From Octopus bimaculoides (taxonomy: Eukaryota): a stretch of 64,000 nt of DNA. The stretch covers positions 94,179,163 through 94,243,162 of the forward strand of contig NC_068989.1 of NCBI RefSeq assembly GCF_001194135.2, given 5' to 3'. The notes under the pieces are model-generated. The model did no database searches, was not told the DNA's origin, and saw only the letters and a list, made by a program, of their open reading frames with translations. Positions 24,377 through 38,422 of the stretch are shown here, piece after piece (position 1 is the first letter of the stretch; each line of letters begins with the position of its first letter). A program made the position numbers and the translations under genes.

Positions 24377-24566
24377 GAACATGCATGCAACCTGTAGAAG
24401 CCTAATATGCTGATAAAGTGAAATTGGCAGTCTTCTTCACATAATCGTAGTTGAAAGTCGATATGTCGAACGAAAATTATCAATTGCACACTGTCAGAAT
24501 TGTAACTATCAAGATATGTTTCAATATAGAAATAGGATGTGAATAGAAGTATAAGAGAAATAGATA

Positions 24567-24611
<45 letters not shown>

Positions 24612-24635
24612 NNNNNNNNNNAGAGAAAGAGAGAA

Positions 24636-24676
<41 letters not shown>

Positions 24677-25053
24677 TTGGGGGGGGAGGAGAGTAAAAGT
24701 GAGTCATAAGAACGGAAAGCTCATCTTAATTTTCGGCCTATTATTTCCACATAGCGAGTTGCATGCTTACTGTTGTTTTTTTGTTGTTTTTTTTTACTTG
24801 CTTAAATATTCTTACTTCTGCCGTTATCTAAACTTCCTTTATATGTTTATGTATGGGAAAAGTTTACATTGTTTATATGTATTTTGTGCTCTGAAAACAA
24901 TATTTTGTTCAAATAAATCCTATTTAAGTATTAGTTTTTAATACACATGAAATATTTGGATGAAACAAAGCAGTAATTAATGTGTGAATTGAAGCCTAAG
25001 CAGAATAAGAAACGGGGAATTCTAGAGAACAGCAAAACGTAATTTTTGGAAAG

Positions 25054-25823
25054 TGCATGGTCTAATCAATAAGTATCTGGATTGTTGCCATAGTGAGAAC
25101 ACGAAAGCACGCAGAGAGAAGCCGTTTGGCACAGATTAACCTTGAACGTTGCTGTGCATGCCCACTAAGTTTTAACGTTCTAGCTCACTTCCTCTGTTTA
25201 CAGCAGTACCTGATAATAACGTGTGTAGCGTGTGTTCGCCACATTGACCATGACAGATGAAGCTATGCAGAGAATCTGCATCAAATCTTGCCAAAAGCTT
25301 GACGATACCTGCTCAGAGGCGTTTTTATAAAGTTTTCATAGTTCTCGACACAATAAAACAGATCTTTTGCAACTGAAACCCGAGTGTCCTTTTGGTCAGC
25401 TGAAAGCAGTTTTGGCACAAACTTGGCAGACACGCGTCTCATGCCAAAATCTTTAGTGATAATGGACTCAAATGAATCGTAACTAATCTGCACATCCTCT
25501 GATAACTCACAGTTGGTAATTCGACGATTTCCGCTCACGGATACACGCACATCTGCGATGTTTTTCTCAGTTCTGCTAGTTGCGGGTCTCCCAGAACGTT
25601 CGTCAATATCGACATTTTTTCGACCATCTTGGAAACATGTGAACCACTCGTACACTTCTGTGTGGCCCATACTTTCCTCTCTATGAACTTTCTGCATCAC
25701 CATGACAACTTTCTCTGTCACGGTCAATGCGACAATCATACGTTACGCACGTTATTTCGAAGCATGCGAGCTTTAGCTTCATTACTATAGCAAGAGTCCG
25801 GATACTTATTGTCAGACCTCGTA
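25054..25823 (-). mobile_element. Mariner relic: N-terminal transposase half, catalytic domain absent, rearranged
   Basis: Minus ORF has VYEWF..F.DGR..V..DERSGRP and RRVSAKFVPKLL (HTH region and WVPHEL-type linker); TIR-like ends tacgaggtctgacaataagtatccgga; plus strand 25250-25321 encodes MTDEAMQRICIKSCQKLDDTCSEA. Confidence 0.9.
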
Positions 25824-26039
25824 TATGACAAGTAATTGCAATCCAAACACACGTAAACATCTTTGTGTCGAGAGAAACTTTTCAAAGCCTTTGAATTTAA
25901 GCGACTGGACGTATGTTAAACTACACAATGAAAGCTTAAAGTGATTTGAACAAACAACGTTCTGCAAACTGACAACAATACACGTAAAAAGAAGTAGAAC
26001 CAAAATTTAATAAATAAAAACCTTTAAAAAAATGAATTG

Positions 26040-26325
26040 ATAGTTGTGTGGTTAATAAGCCCGCTTTACAACTGCATGGATTCAGGCTCAGCTTCACAGC
26101 ATGGCACCTTGATAAAGTGTATTCTACTATAACTCTGGCTCGACCAATGTTTTTGAGTGATTTTGGTAGGCGGGAAAGTGTGGAAGCCCGTCGGGTATAC
26201 ATATATTTATGTACATGTATCCTTATGTCTGCACTTTTCACCCGCTTAACTAAGTAGTTCGGCAAAAGTGACCGATAAATTAGCAGACTTGCACTGGGGT
26301 CGATTTGTTTGAATAAATTTATTCA
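26040..26325 (+). mobile_element. SINE family 1, degenerate, short internal microsatellite
   Basis: tgtgtggttaataag...ggcaccttga...ctactata...gaagcccgtcg...gttcggcaaaag.gaccgata...ggggtcgatttg. Confidence 0.7.
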
Positions 26326-27364
26326 TCATACACATACGGGATTGAATTAATGGTAATGTTAGGATGTTAAAATGTACATGATGAAGAATATCAAAAATAT
26401 ATGTAGCACTAGTGTACGTGAATAAGGTAAGTAAATATTACAGTTTAAACATTGTTTGACACATGAATCCAAGAATGGCACCAGATCTGTTGCGCAGTCA
26501 CTGACAAAGCTTTAGTTTTTTTCTTTTTTTTTAACACAATCTCAGAGAAACCAGAAGTAATTGCTTATTCCAAGAATTTTAAAATTTCCAATTGAAAAAA
26601 ATTCATTGTCGCAGAAAATAGGTAATCTTCAGTTCTTTTGTGCATTTGAAAATAATTGAAATATATCGCAAAGGGACAATCACGTCACTCATTCGGGAAT
26701 AAGAAATGGACAAAATGAAGAACTCACTTAGATATAGAAATTGAAGATTGCTGTGAGCATCTTCAATCTATGGAATGTAGATCTTTCACAAGAATTCCGC
26801 AATCAAAGAATTATCTGATAAAATGCCTGTATTCCAAAATTTGTTTGCATTATTTTATTATAATAAAACTTTTCTTAAGGGTACAGCAGAGCATACGCAC
26901 GCGCTGCAAAACATATATATAAATATATNNNNNNNNNNTATATATACATATATATATACATATATATATACACGATAGCATATGATAGCCGATACCTGTA
27001 AAGAAACTTTGTAAAGCAAGCAGAAGATATGAGCATACATACAGACGCACGCACACATAAAAACACACATATACATACATATATACGTATGTATACATGT
27101 AGTTATGAATATACTAATACAAATTCATGTTTGTGCGTGAGTATATATATATATATATAAATATATATATACACTTCCAAATTTTTGTGACTTTGCATAG
27201 AATAATATAACAGGTGAATAAAGTTAAAACAGTCTGGCTTTCAGAAATAGTGACAGAATATTATACTACAGAATTAAGACCTTTTGCTACGGAACTTAAA
27301 AAATATGTTAATGTATCCTGATTCTCTCTTCTTACCCAGATAAAAATCTAACACACACACACGT

Positions 27365-27409
<45 letters not shown>

Positions 27410-27439
27410 CCGGTCATTTCAAAATGCAACATGTGAATC

Positions 27440-27610
27440 GTTGACGATTTTTTTCCCTCCGTCTTCCTTTTCTATTGAACTTTCTTCTGTTTCTGAAGAA
27501 GTGTTTTGGTCGAAACGTTCAAACCACCTCACTTTCCTTCCCTGGGCGTCTGCTAATATTTTTACATTTACCACGTCCTCGCGTTCTTGCGTCTGTTCTT
27601 CCTCTTTTTG
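27440..27610 (+). repeat. Family-B-like fragment with both hammerhead core boxes intact (CTGAAGA 27493-27499, GAAAC 27512-27516)
   Basis: gttt-CTGAAGA-A-gtgttttggtc-GAAAC-GT-TC-aaac; stem II is decayed. Confidence 0.4.
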
Positions 27611-28177
27611 GGAGATTTACTACACACACACAAACACACACATATATATATATATATATATACATATATGTAATATATATATATATATATATGCGAGTAA
27701 AAATAAATACAAAAAAGGTGGGGGTTTTTTGTATGATTGTGTATAGAGGAATATATTATTTTGCTTAAAAGAGTTCCAACACTGTCTGTTTTTTATGTTT
27801 TATTTATATTCCTGCAGAACTAATGTGGGGTATAGAATATGGAATATACAATATATAATATAATATACAATATAAAATAAAATAAAATAAAAATGGATGG
27901 CACCATGAAAGAAAATATTGAATGTAGATGAAATATTGAGTGTTCAATATAAAGGATCAAATATATAAATATATAAATATAAATATATATATATATAAAG
28001 GCGACTCGAGTTTCAGGGCTATTTCCCTTCGTCATGGCCGGTATGACAGACTTTAACAGTCTGTTAATATATATATATAAGTATGTATATATAGATATAA
28101 TTTAAAACTCCATACACACCTACACATACAATTTTTGAAATTCATAATATATATCTCTCCCTCCTCTCTCTCCCACT

Positions 28178-28178
28178 G

Positions 28179-28241
<63 letters not shown>

Positions 28242-28266
28242 TATGTATATATGTGTGTGTGTGTGT

Positions 28267-28312
<46 letters not shown>

Positions 28313-28327
28313 GTGTGTGTACGTATG

Positions 28328-28409
<82 letters not shown>

Positions 28410-28412
28410 CAT
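28178..28412. repeat. Compound (TA)n/(TG)n microsatellite block
   Basis: Seen directly. Confidence 0.95.
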
Positions 28413-28869
28413 AAAATGAGCATTACTTTTTGAAGGTCGTGATCAATGCTTTTCTGATAGCTTATGTCTTATATTAATTCTAGCGTAAGTGTCATTATGC
28501 GCAAATAGCTTCAGCTTTGAAGATCGCTTTTGATACAAAGCAAATTAATACATTGTTAAATTCAATAATATTATCTTAACATTGCATCAAATACCCAATT
28601 TAATTATTTCACTTTAAAGCACAACTTGTGTACAATAAAACATTTGTGATTCGAATTATAAAAAATGTCATTGCATAATAATATTCATTCTGCGTATGGT
28701 TGAGCATTCTTAGAATTGTCAGTTTGTAGATTGTTAACGTGTATATTGCGGATTTTAGGGCACAGCTCTAGCGGTACAGTCGAAAAGATGTAGCGACAAA
28801 GATTCCTATGAGCTGAGAGTGATATAATGCCATATAGGAACATATATGTTGTTGATATATACACATATA

Positions 28870-29039
28870 GGCCTGTTGTAACTGTGGTATGAAGTTTGCT
28901 TCCAAACCACAGGATACCGTGTTCAGTTCCACTGCACCTTGGGTAACTGTCATCTCCTATAGTCACGGGGCGACCAAAGCCTTGTGAGTTTATCTAGTTG
29001 ATGGAAATTGAAAGAAGGTTGTCGTGTATAAATGTGTGA

Positions 29040-29104
<65 letters not shown>

Positions 29105-30040
29105 CAAAAACTGGAGCCAAAACACAACAGACGACAATAAAACATCCGGACAGATAGACCATACAAAGATGGACAAGAGAAACAATAAAATAAAAGACAG
29201 ACAGAACAAACAACGACGGGTCATTCGCAGTCTTCTCTCATCAGTGAAGTTTCCAGATCATCCTTACAGTTTCAGCCGGTTACACTTTTAAATATGGGTG
29301 ACCCAAAAAATCTAAGCTAAGAGCATTAAATCTTTGGAGAGAAAGCAAGCGATTGTGTACGGCTACAGAGACAAAAAAAGCAGGGAATGTTACACAACTA
29401 CAAATGCAAACAAGGTGTCTTTCGACCAATAAAGACGAATGAAGTTGAGCTGGCGTGTGTAGAGTGAAAGCGTTGAGGCAGGAGCATAGTAGAGGAACAT
29501 AAAAGATGAAATAAATGGGACAGGAATATAAGAGATGATTCGCGGACGGCAGTCGAGCCAAAAAAGACCATGCTTGGTCGAACATTGATCACATGGAGGG
29601 AATGGAGACAGGTAGGGGGCAGAGGAATTGAAGAATAAGGGGAAGAACGAGAAAGAGGAAATCAAAAGGACATGGAGAACTGTACAAGGGAGATAAACGA
29701 GGAGGGAAAGTAGGGAGATTAATGAAAGAGAAAGCCAAGAGATGTGTGTGAGAGAGAGAGAGCAAAAAAAAGAGGAAAGAAAGAAGTATTAGGGGGAACG
29801 TATGTATGTATGTATGTATATATATTTATCTCTGTGTGGGGGGTCTTTGTGTCTATGATTCTCATCTACACAAAGCAACCAGTGTTGGTATGTTTACGTC
29901 CCAGAAACTTAGCAGTTGGACAAAACAGATCGATAGAATAAGTACCAGGCTTACAAAAGTACTGGGTCGATTGGTTTGACTAAAATTTCTTTTGCTAGAC
30001 GTTACCCCAGGATGGCCGCACTCTAAAGACTAAAAAAAGT
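28870..30040 (+). mobile_element. SINE family 1 split by a nested antisense family A copy (29105-29690)
   Basis: Head 28870-29027 (caccttggg, gaccaaagccttgtgag), TA run, insert, (TATG)n, then tail 29875-30040 (gtttacgtccc...gatagaataagtacc.ggcttacaaa). Confidence 0.75.
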
Positions 30041-30084
30041 AAACGATAATAGATTTACGCATACAAATACACACATACATTCGT

Positions 30085-30137
<53 letters not shown>

Positions 30138-30506
30138 CATACATACATACATACACATGATGAGTGTGTGTCATTGCGATGCAGAGGAGAGCAATAATGG
30201 GTGTGTATTAGGAGGAGGAGGCGGCATTAAAGCCATAAAAAAGTGGGATGGTTCTATAAGTTTGGGGATTTGATCAAATCAAACTTAAATATGAAAACGG
30301 AAGGACTTTTCCTCGAAATTATGGAAAGTGAGATATAATACTTCCAGTACCATATTTGAAACGCATTGTCTCAGCAGACTCCGAAACGTTTATACAGAAC
30401 TGTAATACCACTTCATATAATTAAACGAATTGTTCACACACATACACGCGCGAACACATCTTCGTATGTATTCGTGTGTGCATACATACATACATATATA
30501 TATATA

Positions 30507-30550
<44 letters not shown>

Positions 30551-30787
30551 TGTGTGTGCGTTGAAGACTTTCCTGATATAATTGTGATTTAGATCGTATG
30601 AACTTGCGTTGATTTTTATCGAATTTTTATCAAAACTAACTCTAGCACAATGCGAATGTTCGAATCTGAATTGTCATTTCGACAGAATATATATAATTTG
30701 GTAACAATTCCTATGGATTTTCGCATAAATCTCATACACTCACACATGCACAGACACACACACACACACACATATATATACATAAAT

Positions 30788-30789
<2 letters not shown>

Positions 30790-30825
<36 letters not shown>

Positions 30826-30897
30826 TGTGGTGTGGTGTAGTGTAGTGTAGTGTGGTGTGGTGTGGTGTGGTGTGGTGTGGTGTGTGTGTGTGTGTGG
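30790..30897. repeat. (TG)n with embedded (GTGTG/GTGTA)n pentanucleotide microsatellite
   Basis: Seen directly. Confidence 0.9.
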
Positions 30898-32211
30898 ATA
30901 CAAACGAAATGTTCGTTTTCGCTGTTTCCATTATCATGCGTTATAGTTTAACAAATGATAAGCCAAAATGGATGCCAGCAGCAATAGATAATATACCGGC
31001 TGTAGACGGGAAGAGTGCATGTCATGTGACTGAATATTCCATTAAATATATTGCCATAGAAGTTCTTTATTATCAACATTTAAAGAATTACGTCATTATT
31101 TCTATTCTACTAGACACAAGCATGAGCGTTCACGCAGGCACATATATTTGTATGCCTTTTCACACATACAGTGATACACAGAATTAGATAGCGAGATATT
31201 TATGGCTATATAATCAATTGAAGCGAAATAAAATTGTATATCGGTATTTATATAGATATTTATGCGTAATAAATGAAAATGATTGGGTTACGTGATATAT
31301 ATCTATCAGTCTATTTCTCTTTTTCTCTGTCTTTGCGTGTTGGTGTGTGCGTGTGTTTGTGTATACACATGCACGAGTGTGTGTGTGTGTATACTTATGT
31401 GAACACATAAGCACACGCATATATGAATATGTGCACGTGAAATTTCGAATATTTCAAATACGAAAAATTTTAATGTTTTTCAATATTACAGAATAGATCA
31501 CCTATCACCCAAGCTCTTTCTCCCTTACAATTTCTCTCCGTCTCTTCTACTCTCTCTCTCCCCCTCTCTCTCTTTCTCGCCCCCTCTCTCTCTTTCTCGC
31601 CCCCTCTCTTTCTCCCTCTTACATTTTAAATATAATGGTAAACGGTGGAGCAGTTTATAGCTTACAGGTTTTTAGAAATTAAACAATTTCGAAATATTTT
31701 GTTTTCTATTTTATGTTCCATCTACTTCGTCCATATTCTATCATGAATGATTGTCGCAAAGACTTAAGAAATGATATTCGCCAACTTCACATATCACGCT
31801 CTTCTGACACTACAATACCACATACTGAAATTAATCGGTTCCTCAATAGTGACAATTATTGATTCAATTCATGTATTTTACCTCTAGAATAACACGCAGT
31901 AATTTAATCTTGCTTTTATAAAGCCATGTCTGGCGAAATTTCATTAGACACTTCATAAATTTATGGAGATATAACAGTCGAATGTTACGATATGGAAAGA
32001 GACATTTCAGGAAGTAAAGGAGAAACAATAGTTTTAAATAAACAAAGGCTTACATATGCTCACGGAGCTTCCTCTCAATGAGATTACATCTCCCGTTATA
32101 ACTCCTGAAATACTTCTAAATATCTTAATAGGAGAGGATTCCAGAAATACTTCATTAGTACATCACCAAAATGACAACATATNNNNNNNNNNATATATAT
32201 ATATAGGGAGA

Positions 32212-32370
32212 ATTCACAAAAAAGAAACACAAGACGAAGACAGGTGGTGAAGAAAACAAACATGTATTAGTATAACGCACGGTGAGTGAAAAAGTCTTTA
32301 ACGTTTTGAGCCTACGCTCTCCCACAGAAAGAAACCAGGAGAGAAACACGGAAAGAAACAAAAGAATGTG
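32212..32370 (-). mobile_element. Family B element, hammerhead-like motif at 32296-32331 (core mutated)
   Basis: Reverse complement: cttt-CTGTGGG-A-GAGC-GTAG-GCTC-AAAAC-GT-T-aaag. Confidence 0.75.
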
Positions 32371-33574
32371 TCGTGGGTAACGGGACGTTCACATAATGAT
32401 GACTTTTTGAAGACAGGGGCAGCAATAACTTAAGTATCCAATGGGTGTCGGATTGGAAACATATACGTACATAAAAGATAGACAGACGCAGACAAATACC
32501 TAGATAGGCACACACATAAATAGATAGATAGACAGATAGTGGACAGGTAATCAGACAATCAAACAGATAGATAGATAGATGTTATTTAATGCTTATGTTT
32601 TACAGTGAATTCTCAGCATGAGTCATCATTATGTGTGTATATATGTGTGTGTGGTTACTGTTATTAGCTGACGAAGCCGTCATTTGAAGCAAAATCGTGA
32701 GCATAATTAGTTTCTAATGACAGTGCATATTATTCCCTTCATAATAATATCAGAATTGACGGATTAAAATTATATCAGAAACAACTTTTAGAACACAGTT
32801 AAGAGTTAGCTATAAGTGCTTTTAGAACGCTGTGCTTACAATCATAATTGACAGAAAATATATATTTCGATATAGCTGTAAACACGATATTTAGTATTCT
32901 GTTTAATGAAGAGATACAACTTTGCAGTCAAAGAGTAGTTTAATCATGGAAAATGTTCTTTTTCAGATATGTTATAACCTCGTTAATTGCTAAATCGCTA
33001 TTTATCACTCTTGTAGGTTTGAATATTGATTACATACTTTTAGTGAATAATTTATTAAATTAAACTTCTAGATAAACAGACATTTGGTTCACACTTTGTT
33101 GAGACATGCAATTATAGCATCTATCATAAATATGAATAAAGAAAGAAGCAATATTATGCATATATTTTCTACATCAGTCTATTACCTTATGGTAATAATA
33201 TTGAAAGTCATATTCCAGTCATGCATTGCTAATGGCATACTAAATAAGAAGCATTGATTAAATTGAAAAACTGCAGAACAAAGTATTCTTTCATAGTGAC
33301 ATTTAATATAAAACCTCGTAAAGCATAAATAGACTGAACCTTACATAGGAATATTACTCAATATACATATACATTCTAATTTAGAAAAACGCAGATACGC
33401 GTTTGCATATCGGAAATCAGTTATATACTCCAGACTAGTGATACTAATTTCGTTTCAAAGTGTGGCTGAGCACACCATTGATAGACCACCGTACAGATGG
33501 AAGACTGTGTGACACTTACATTATCGCCCCTCTAAGGCGATTTCCTTTCGTTTAGCTCTGAACTAAATTGTGCT

Positions 33575-33677
33575 AAGGCGGCAAGATGGCAAAAAACGTT
33601 AGCACGCCGGGCGAAATTCTTAACGGTATTTCGTCTGTCTTTACAGTCCGACATCAAATTCCGCAGAGGTCGACTTC
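33575..33677 (+). mobile_element. SINE family 2, 5' half, cut off by the Penelope relic
   Basis: aaggcggcaagatggcaaaaaacgttagcacgccgggcgaaa...ggtatttcgtctgtctttac...gaggtcgactt. Confidence 0.8.
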
Positions 33678-34120
33678 ACACACGGCCAACGACAGAAGAG
33701 TGTATCCGGATTTAACTGTCGCGACCCAGATTCCTGCCCGCTTGACAAACGGTGCAAGACTGAAGCTATTTTGTACAGGACAGAAGTTAATACAACCCCT
33801 AACATCAATAATCTAACCGATAAAAAGACTTACATCGGGTTATGTGAAGGAGTTTTCAAAAAGTACTATGCAAACCATTTATCAACCTTCCGTCATAGTG
33901 AGGAAAGTAAAACCACGAAGTTGGCTAGCTACGTTTGGGAACTGAAAGGAAAAAAAAATTACAATACGTAATTAAATGGAAGGGGATTGAAAATGGTTCA
34001 AATAAATGTAAGCTTTGTTTGGCTGAAAGGGTACAGATTTTGTTAAGGTCTAAGATCCCCAACGTCATATTGAGCTCAAGATCAGAAATTTTCAGCAGAT
34101 GCACGCATAAGTATAAATAA
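33678..34120 (+). pseudogene. Penelope-like element GIY-YIG endonuclease C-terminus, 5'-truncated and frameshifted
   Basis: NCRDPDSCPLDKRC...ILYR...KTYIGLCEGVFKKYYANHLSTFRH...LASYVWELK, then after the A-run at 33950-33958 IKWK...KCKLCLAERVQIL...LSSRSEIFSRCTHKYK; this matches the PLE GIY-YIG pattern including flanking Cys motifs. Confidence 0.85.
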
Positions 34121-34773
34121 CTCTTTAAAAACTAGAAGATTCCAAGCATTCCTGACTGACTGGGGGTGACGCTTATACTTTTTCTCCTTTGATCATGTCA
34201 CTTTATATTTATATTAAGGTTTATCATTTATTTATGTTTATTCATTATGTTTCATATTTTTTCATGCATACTTTTTCCATATTTTTCATATACTTTATAC
34301 ATTTTTGGATATTTCATATTTGTACATACCTTTATAAAAAAATTTATGATTTCTTTTATTCTTATATTTCTTAATTTATTTACAATTCATATTATATCGC
34401 ACGATTATATTCTTATATTACATCCATCCACATTACTTACATCATTCTCTTGGTTTTACATTTAAGGTTTCGGCTTGTTATTTAACGTCACTTTACATTA
34501 GCAGTTCGCTTTACTGTTATCTTCCACACGATCCGTTTGGCTTTTCACGTTTTTTTTTTTTATATTCAGTCGTTTATTCAAACTGTTTAGTTCGGTAGAA
34601 TAGGCCATAGCCTGAAGAACGTACTTGGATTTCCATGTACGTGGATCTATTACTAGCATGGTTTATGCATGTGAGGTGATCGTACAAAACAATATTTTTA
34701 TTCTCGCCAGATGGAGTACTATTTTTGTTGAACCTTATTACACAGTTCAATTCATTATATATATATTTATATA

Positions 34774-34775
<2 letters not shown>

Positions 34776-34846
<71 letters not shown>

Positions 34847-34853
34847 ATGTATG

Positions 34854-34886
<33 letters not shown>

Positions 34887-34957
34887 ATGTGTATATATAT
34901 ATATATATGTGTGTGTATGTATATATATATATATATATGTGTGTGTGTATGTATGTG

Positions 34958-34988
<31 letters not shown>

Positions 34989-34991
34989 ATG

Positions 34992-35065
<74 letters not shown>

Positions 35066-35066
35066 A
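34776..35066. repeat. Higher-order compound microsatellite, ~30-bp (GT)n(AT)n units
   Basis: About seven recurring gtgtgtgtatg(tatg)tatatata... units. Confidence 0.85.
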
Positions 35067-37415
35067 CGGGTTACTCTCAGCAAATTAGGGTAAAGTGATT
35101 TCAAAAAGGCTTCAGGTTTCTTCATTATTTCCTGAAGTGAAAATAAACTCACAAGTTCTTTTGTACACATGACACACGCACACTTATACGTATGGCTCAA
35201 TCACGCACTCGTAGCAGAAGATAAATATACACTCATAACTTGATATGAAGTATAACCAAATCAAAAGCAACGTTATTGCACTCAAAAGTTTTAACCGAAT
35301 GCAAGAAAATTTACTTTCAGCAAAAATGCAGATCCCTGCATCAATCCTTTATAATATTATGATTATTTTTATGGAATCAATAACTATTTTATCTTAGTTC
35401 TAAATAGAATGAAGCAACACAACATGCAAAGTCACTTGTCAGCCGCATAAAATATCCATGTATTCTCTCCTGGAATTTTGGACTTTATATTTGACATTGA
35501 TAAATATAGTTATACATATATATAAAACACATCTGTGAATCATATTTCTCTCGCATTATATCATGCCGTTATATTATTCAACATAAAATTATATAATCAA
35601 ACGCTTTACTAATAGTTATTCCTTGATAGTGAGGTTAAAAACTAATCTTTACAGATATTGCAATAAGTGTATTTTATTTTATAGCAGATTACACGGTAGC
35701 AAAAAATCATTATATGTATTTTTCACTTATAGGTGTTTTTTACGAATCTTTCCTTATATTTTTGTACGTTGATTTCATATATTTCAGTTATGTTTTACAG
35801 ATTCAGTGGATATACGGGTATACTATCAGTTGAACGTGTACGGAATCATGCTGAAAGCCACAAAATTGATATAGATATATATTCAACAGAAGATAGTAAA
35901 ATAAATGATAAAAATTTGTAATGGGGAAAAAATAAAAACCTTGTGAAAAACTTGATGGAATTGAATACTGATAAGTATCGATTTGCTGTGGGAAATAAAG
36001 TTAACGGTTCTCTGTTGAAATACTGGAAATAAGTTTCTTGGCCAATATATTTTATTGCTTTCGATATTGCCTGAAATTTTTTTCTGAATCTATAACTATA
36101 TATTACTGCGAGAGATGTTCACGTGACATATGGAACTTAAAAAGGTATTGAAGACGTTAAAGAAACATTGTCAGTAGTTGTAAGCGAGTAGGGTTTACAG
36201 GGAGACAAAAGAATGCATAAGGAGACATATATACATGGGTGTGTGTGTGTGTGCGAGAGTGTGTTGTGTGTGGGAGTCTCTATTCGTGTAAGCATTGGAT
36301 ACCTGTAACTATTTCTATCTTCATATGTGTATGTGCGCCTGTGTGTTTGTGTGAGTGCGTGCGCATGTGTGTATTTTTTAAAACAAAACCGTTATTCACA
36401 GTAACTTTGAAGTTTCGGCCAGCTAAGCCATTGTAGGACAACCATTCGACGACGGCTTATTCTGCTTTAAGAACTTTAAGAATAATAAATTTGTATTCAA
36501 CAAAAGTATAGAGCAACCCATTAAATACACACACACATATATATATATAAATATAGAAATATATATATATATATATATATANNNNNNNNNNNNNNNNNNN
36601 NNNNNNNNNNNNNNNNNNNNNNNNNNNNNNNNNNNNNNNNNNNNNNNNNNNNNNNNNNNNNNNNNNNNNNNNNNNNNNNNNNNNNNNNNNNNNNNNNNNN
36701 NNNNNNNNNNNNNNNNNNNNNNNNNNNNNNNNNNNNNNNNNNNNNNNNNNNNNNNNNNNNNNNNNNNNNNNNNNNNNNNNNNNNNNNNNNNNNNNNNNNN
36801 NNNNNNNNNNNNNNNNNNNNNNNNNNNNNNNNNNNNNNNNNNNNNNNNNNNNNNNNNNNNNNNNNNNNNNNNNNNNNNNNNNNNNNNNNNNNNNNNNNNN
36901 NNNNNNNNNNNNNNNNNNNNNNNNNNNNNNNNNNNNNNNNNNNNNNNNNNNNNNNNNNNNNNNNNNNNNNNNNNNNNNNNNNNNNNNNNNNNNNNNNNNN
37001 NNNNNNNNNNNNNNNNNNNNNNNNNNNNNNNNNNNNNNNNNNNNNNNNNNNNNNNNNNNNNNNNNNNNNNNNNNNNNNNNNNNNNNNNNNNNNNNNNNNN
37101 NNNNNNNNNNNNNNNNNNNNNNNNNNNNNNNNNNNNNNNNNNNNNNNNNNNNNNNNNNNNNNNNNNNNNNNNNNNNNNNNNNNNNNNNNNNNNNNNNNNN
37201 NNNNNNNNNNNNNNNNNNNNNNNNNNNNNNNNNNNNNNNNNNNNNNNNNNNNNNNNNNNNNNNNNNNNNNNNNNNNNNNNNNNNNNNNNNNNNNNNNNNN
37301 NNNNNNNNNNNNNNNNNNNNNNNNNNNNNNNNNNNNNNNNNNNNNNNNNNNNNNNNNNNNNNNNNNNNNNNNNNNNNNNNNNNNNNNNNNNNNNNNNNNN
37401 NNNNNNNNNNNNNNN

Positions 37416-37464
<49 letters not shown>

Positions 37465-37662
37465 CATATATATACATATATATATATAAATACATATATA
37501 TATATATATAAATACATATATATGTGTGTGTTCATATATATATATGTATATATATGTGTCTATGTATGTATATATATATCTGTCTATATATATATATATA
37601 TCTATATATGTATGTGTGTGTGTGTGTGTGTGTGTATGTGTGTGTGTGTGTCTATATATGTG

Positions 37663-37695
<33 letters not shown>

Positions 37696-38379
37696 CCGTG
37701 TGTGTGTATGTATATACCGCAGTAAGCACATAAATGTGGAAAAAAGTCAAAAGGTGATATTCATCAGCTTTTAGACGTTATATTTTGTCTATTTAGTTTT
37801 TTAAAAAACAATTATAACAATATATACATGTATATCAGATTATGCTTTACATATATAAAAATACCAGAAATTATTAAAATATATAACATAGAACATAGAA
37901 AGTAGAAAGTAAAATAGTTTCTTATAGCTGTTTCAGCTAAGAGGTCACGGTACACAACTTCCATATTTTCAGTGAACTGAAGTATTTGGTACATAAAATT
38001 AAGGTACTTGGGTGTGCCTCTGGTCTTCGTCAGAGTTTAGAAAATTCATAAGGTTAAGTTATAAATACATACATATATACACATTTTTACATATGCATAT
38101 ATATACATAAATATACATAAATACATATTCATACATTTATATGCATACAACGGAATCAATTATTATTATTAGGTTATGATATTATTATTAGATAGAGTAT
38201 AAAAAGATTCCATTATTATTTCTCTTGATAATTTTCGCTTTCCTCTGTTTATACACCATATATAAATTTGGAACACTGGAAATATAAACAATGAGAACGA
38301 TCCTTAAGTAATCTAATCAATGACCTTTTGGGGTGACGTCTTATGCTATATTGGTAACGATTACAAACTTTACTGGACA

Positions 38380-38422
<43 letters not shown>

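Noticed and set aside
31962-31985. YGDITVEC, reminiscent of a tyrosine-phosphatase motif
   Set aside because: In-frame stop just upstream, no flanking QYWP or WPD motifs, no clear splice sites.
35801-35830. Acceptor followed by IQWIYGY, resembling the EML HELP motif
   Set aside because: The frame stops four codons later with no usable donor.
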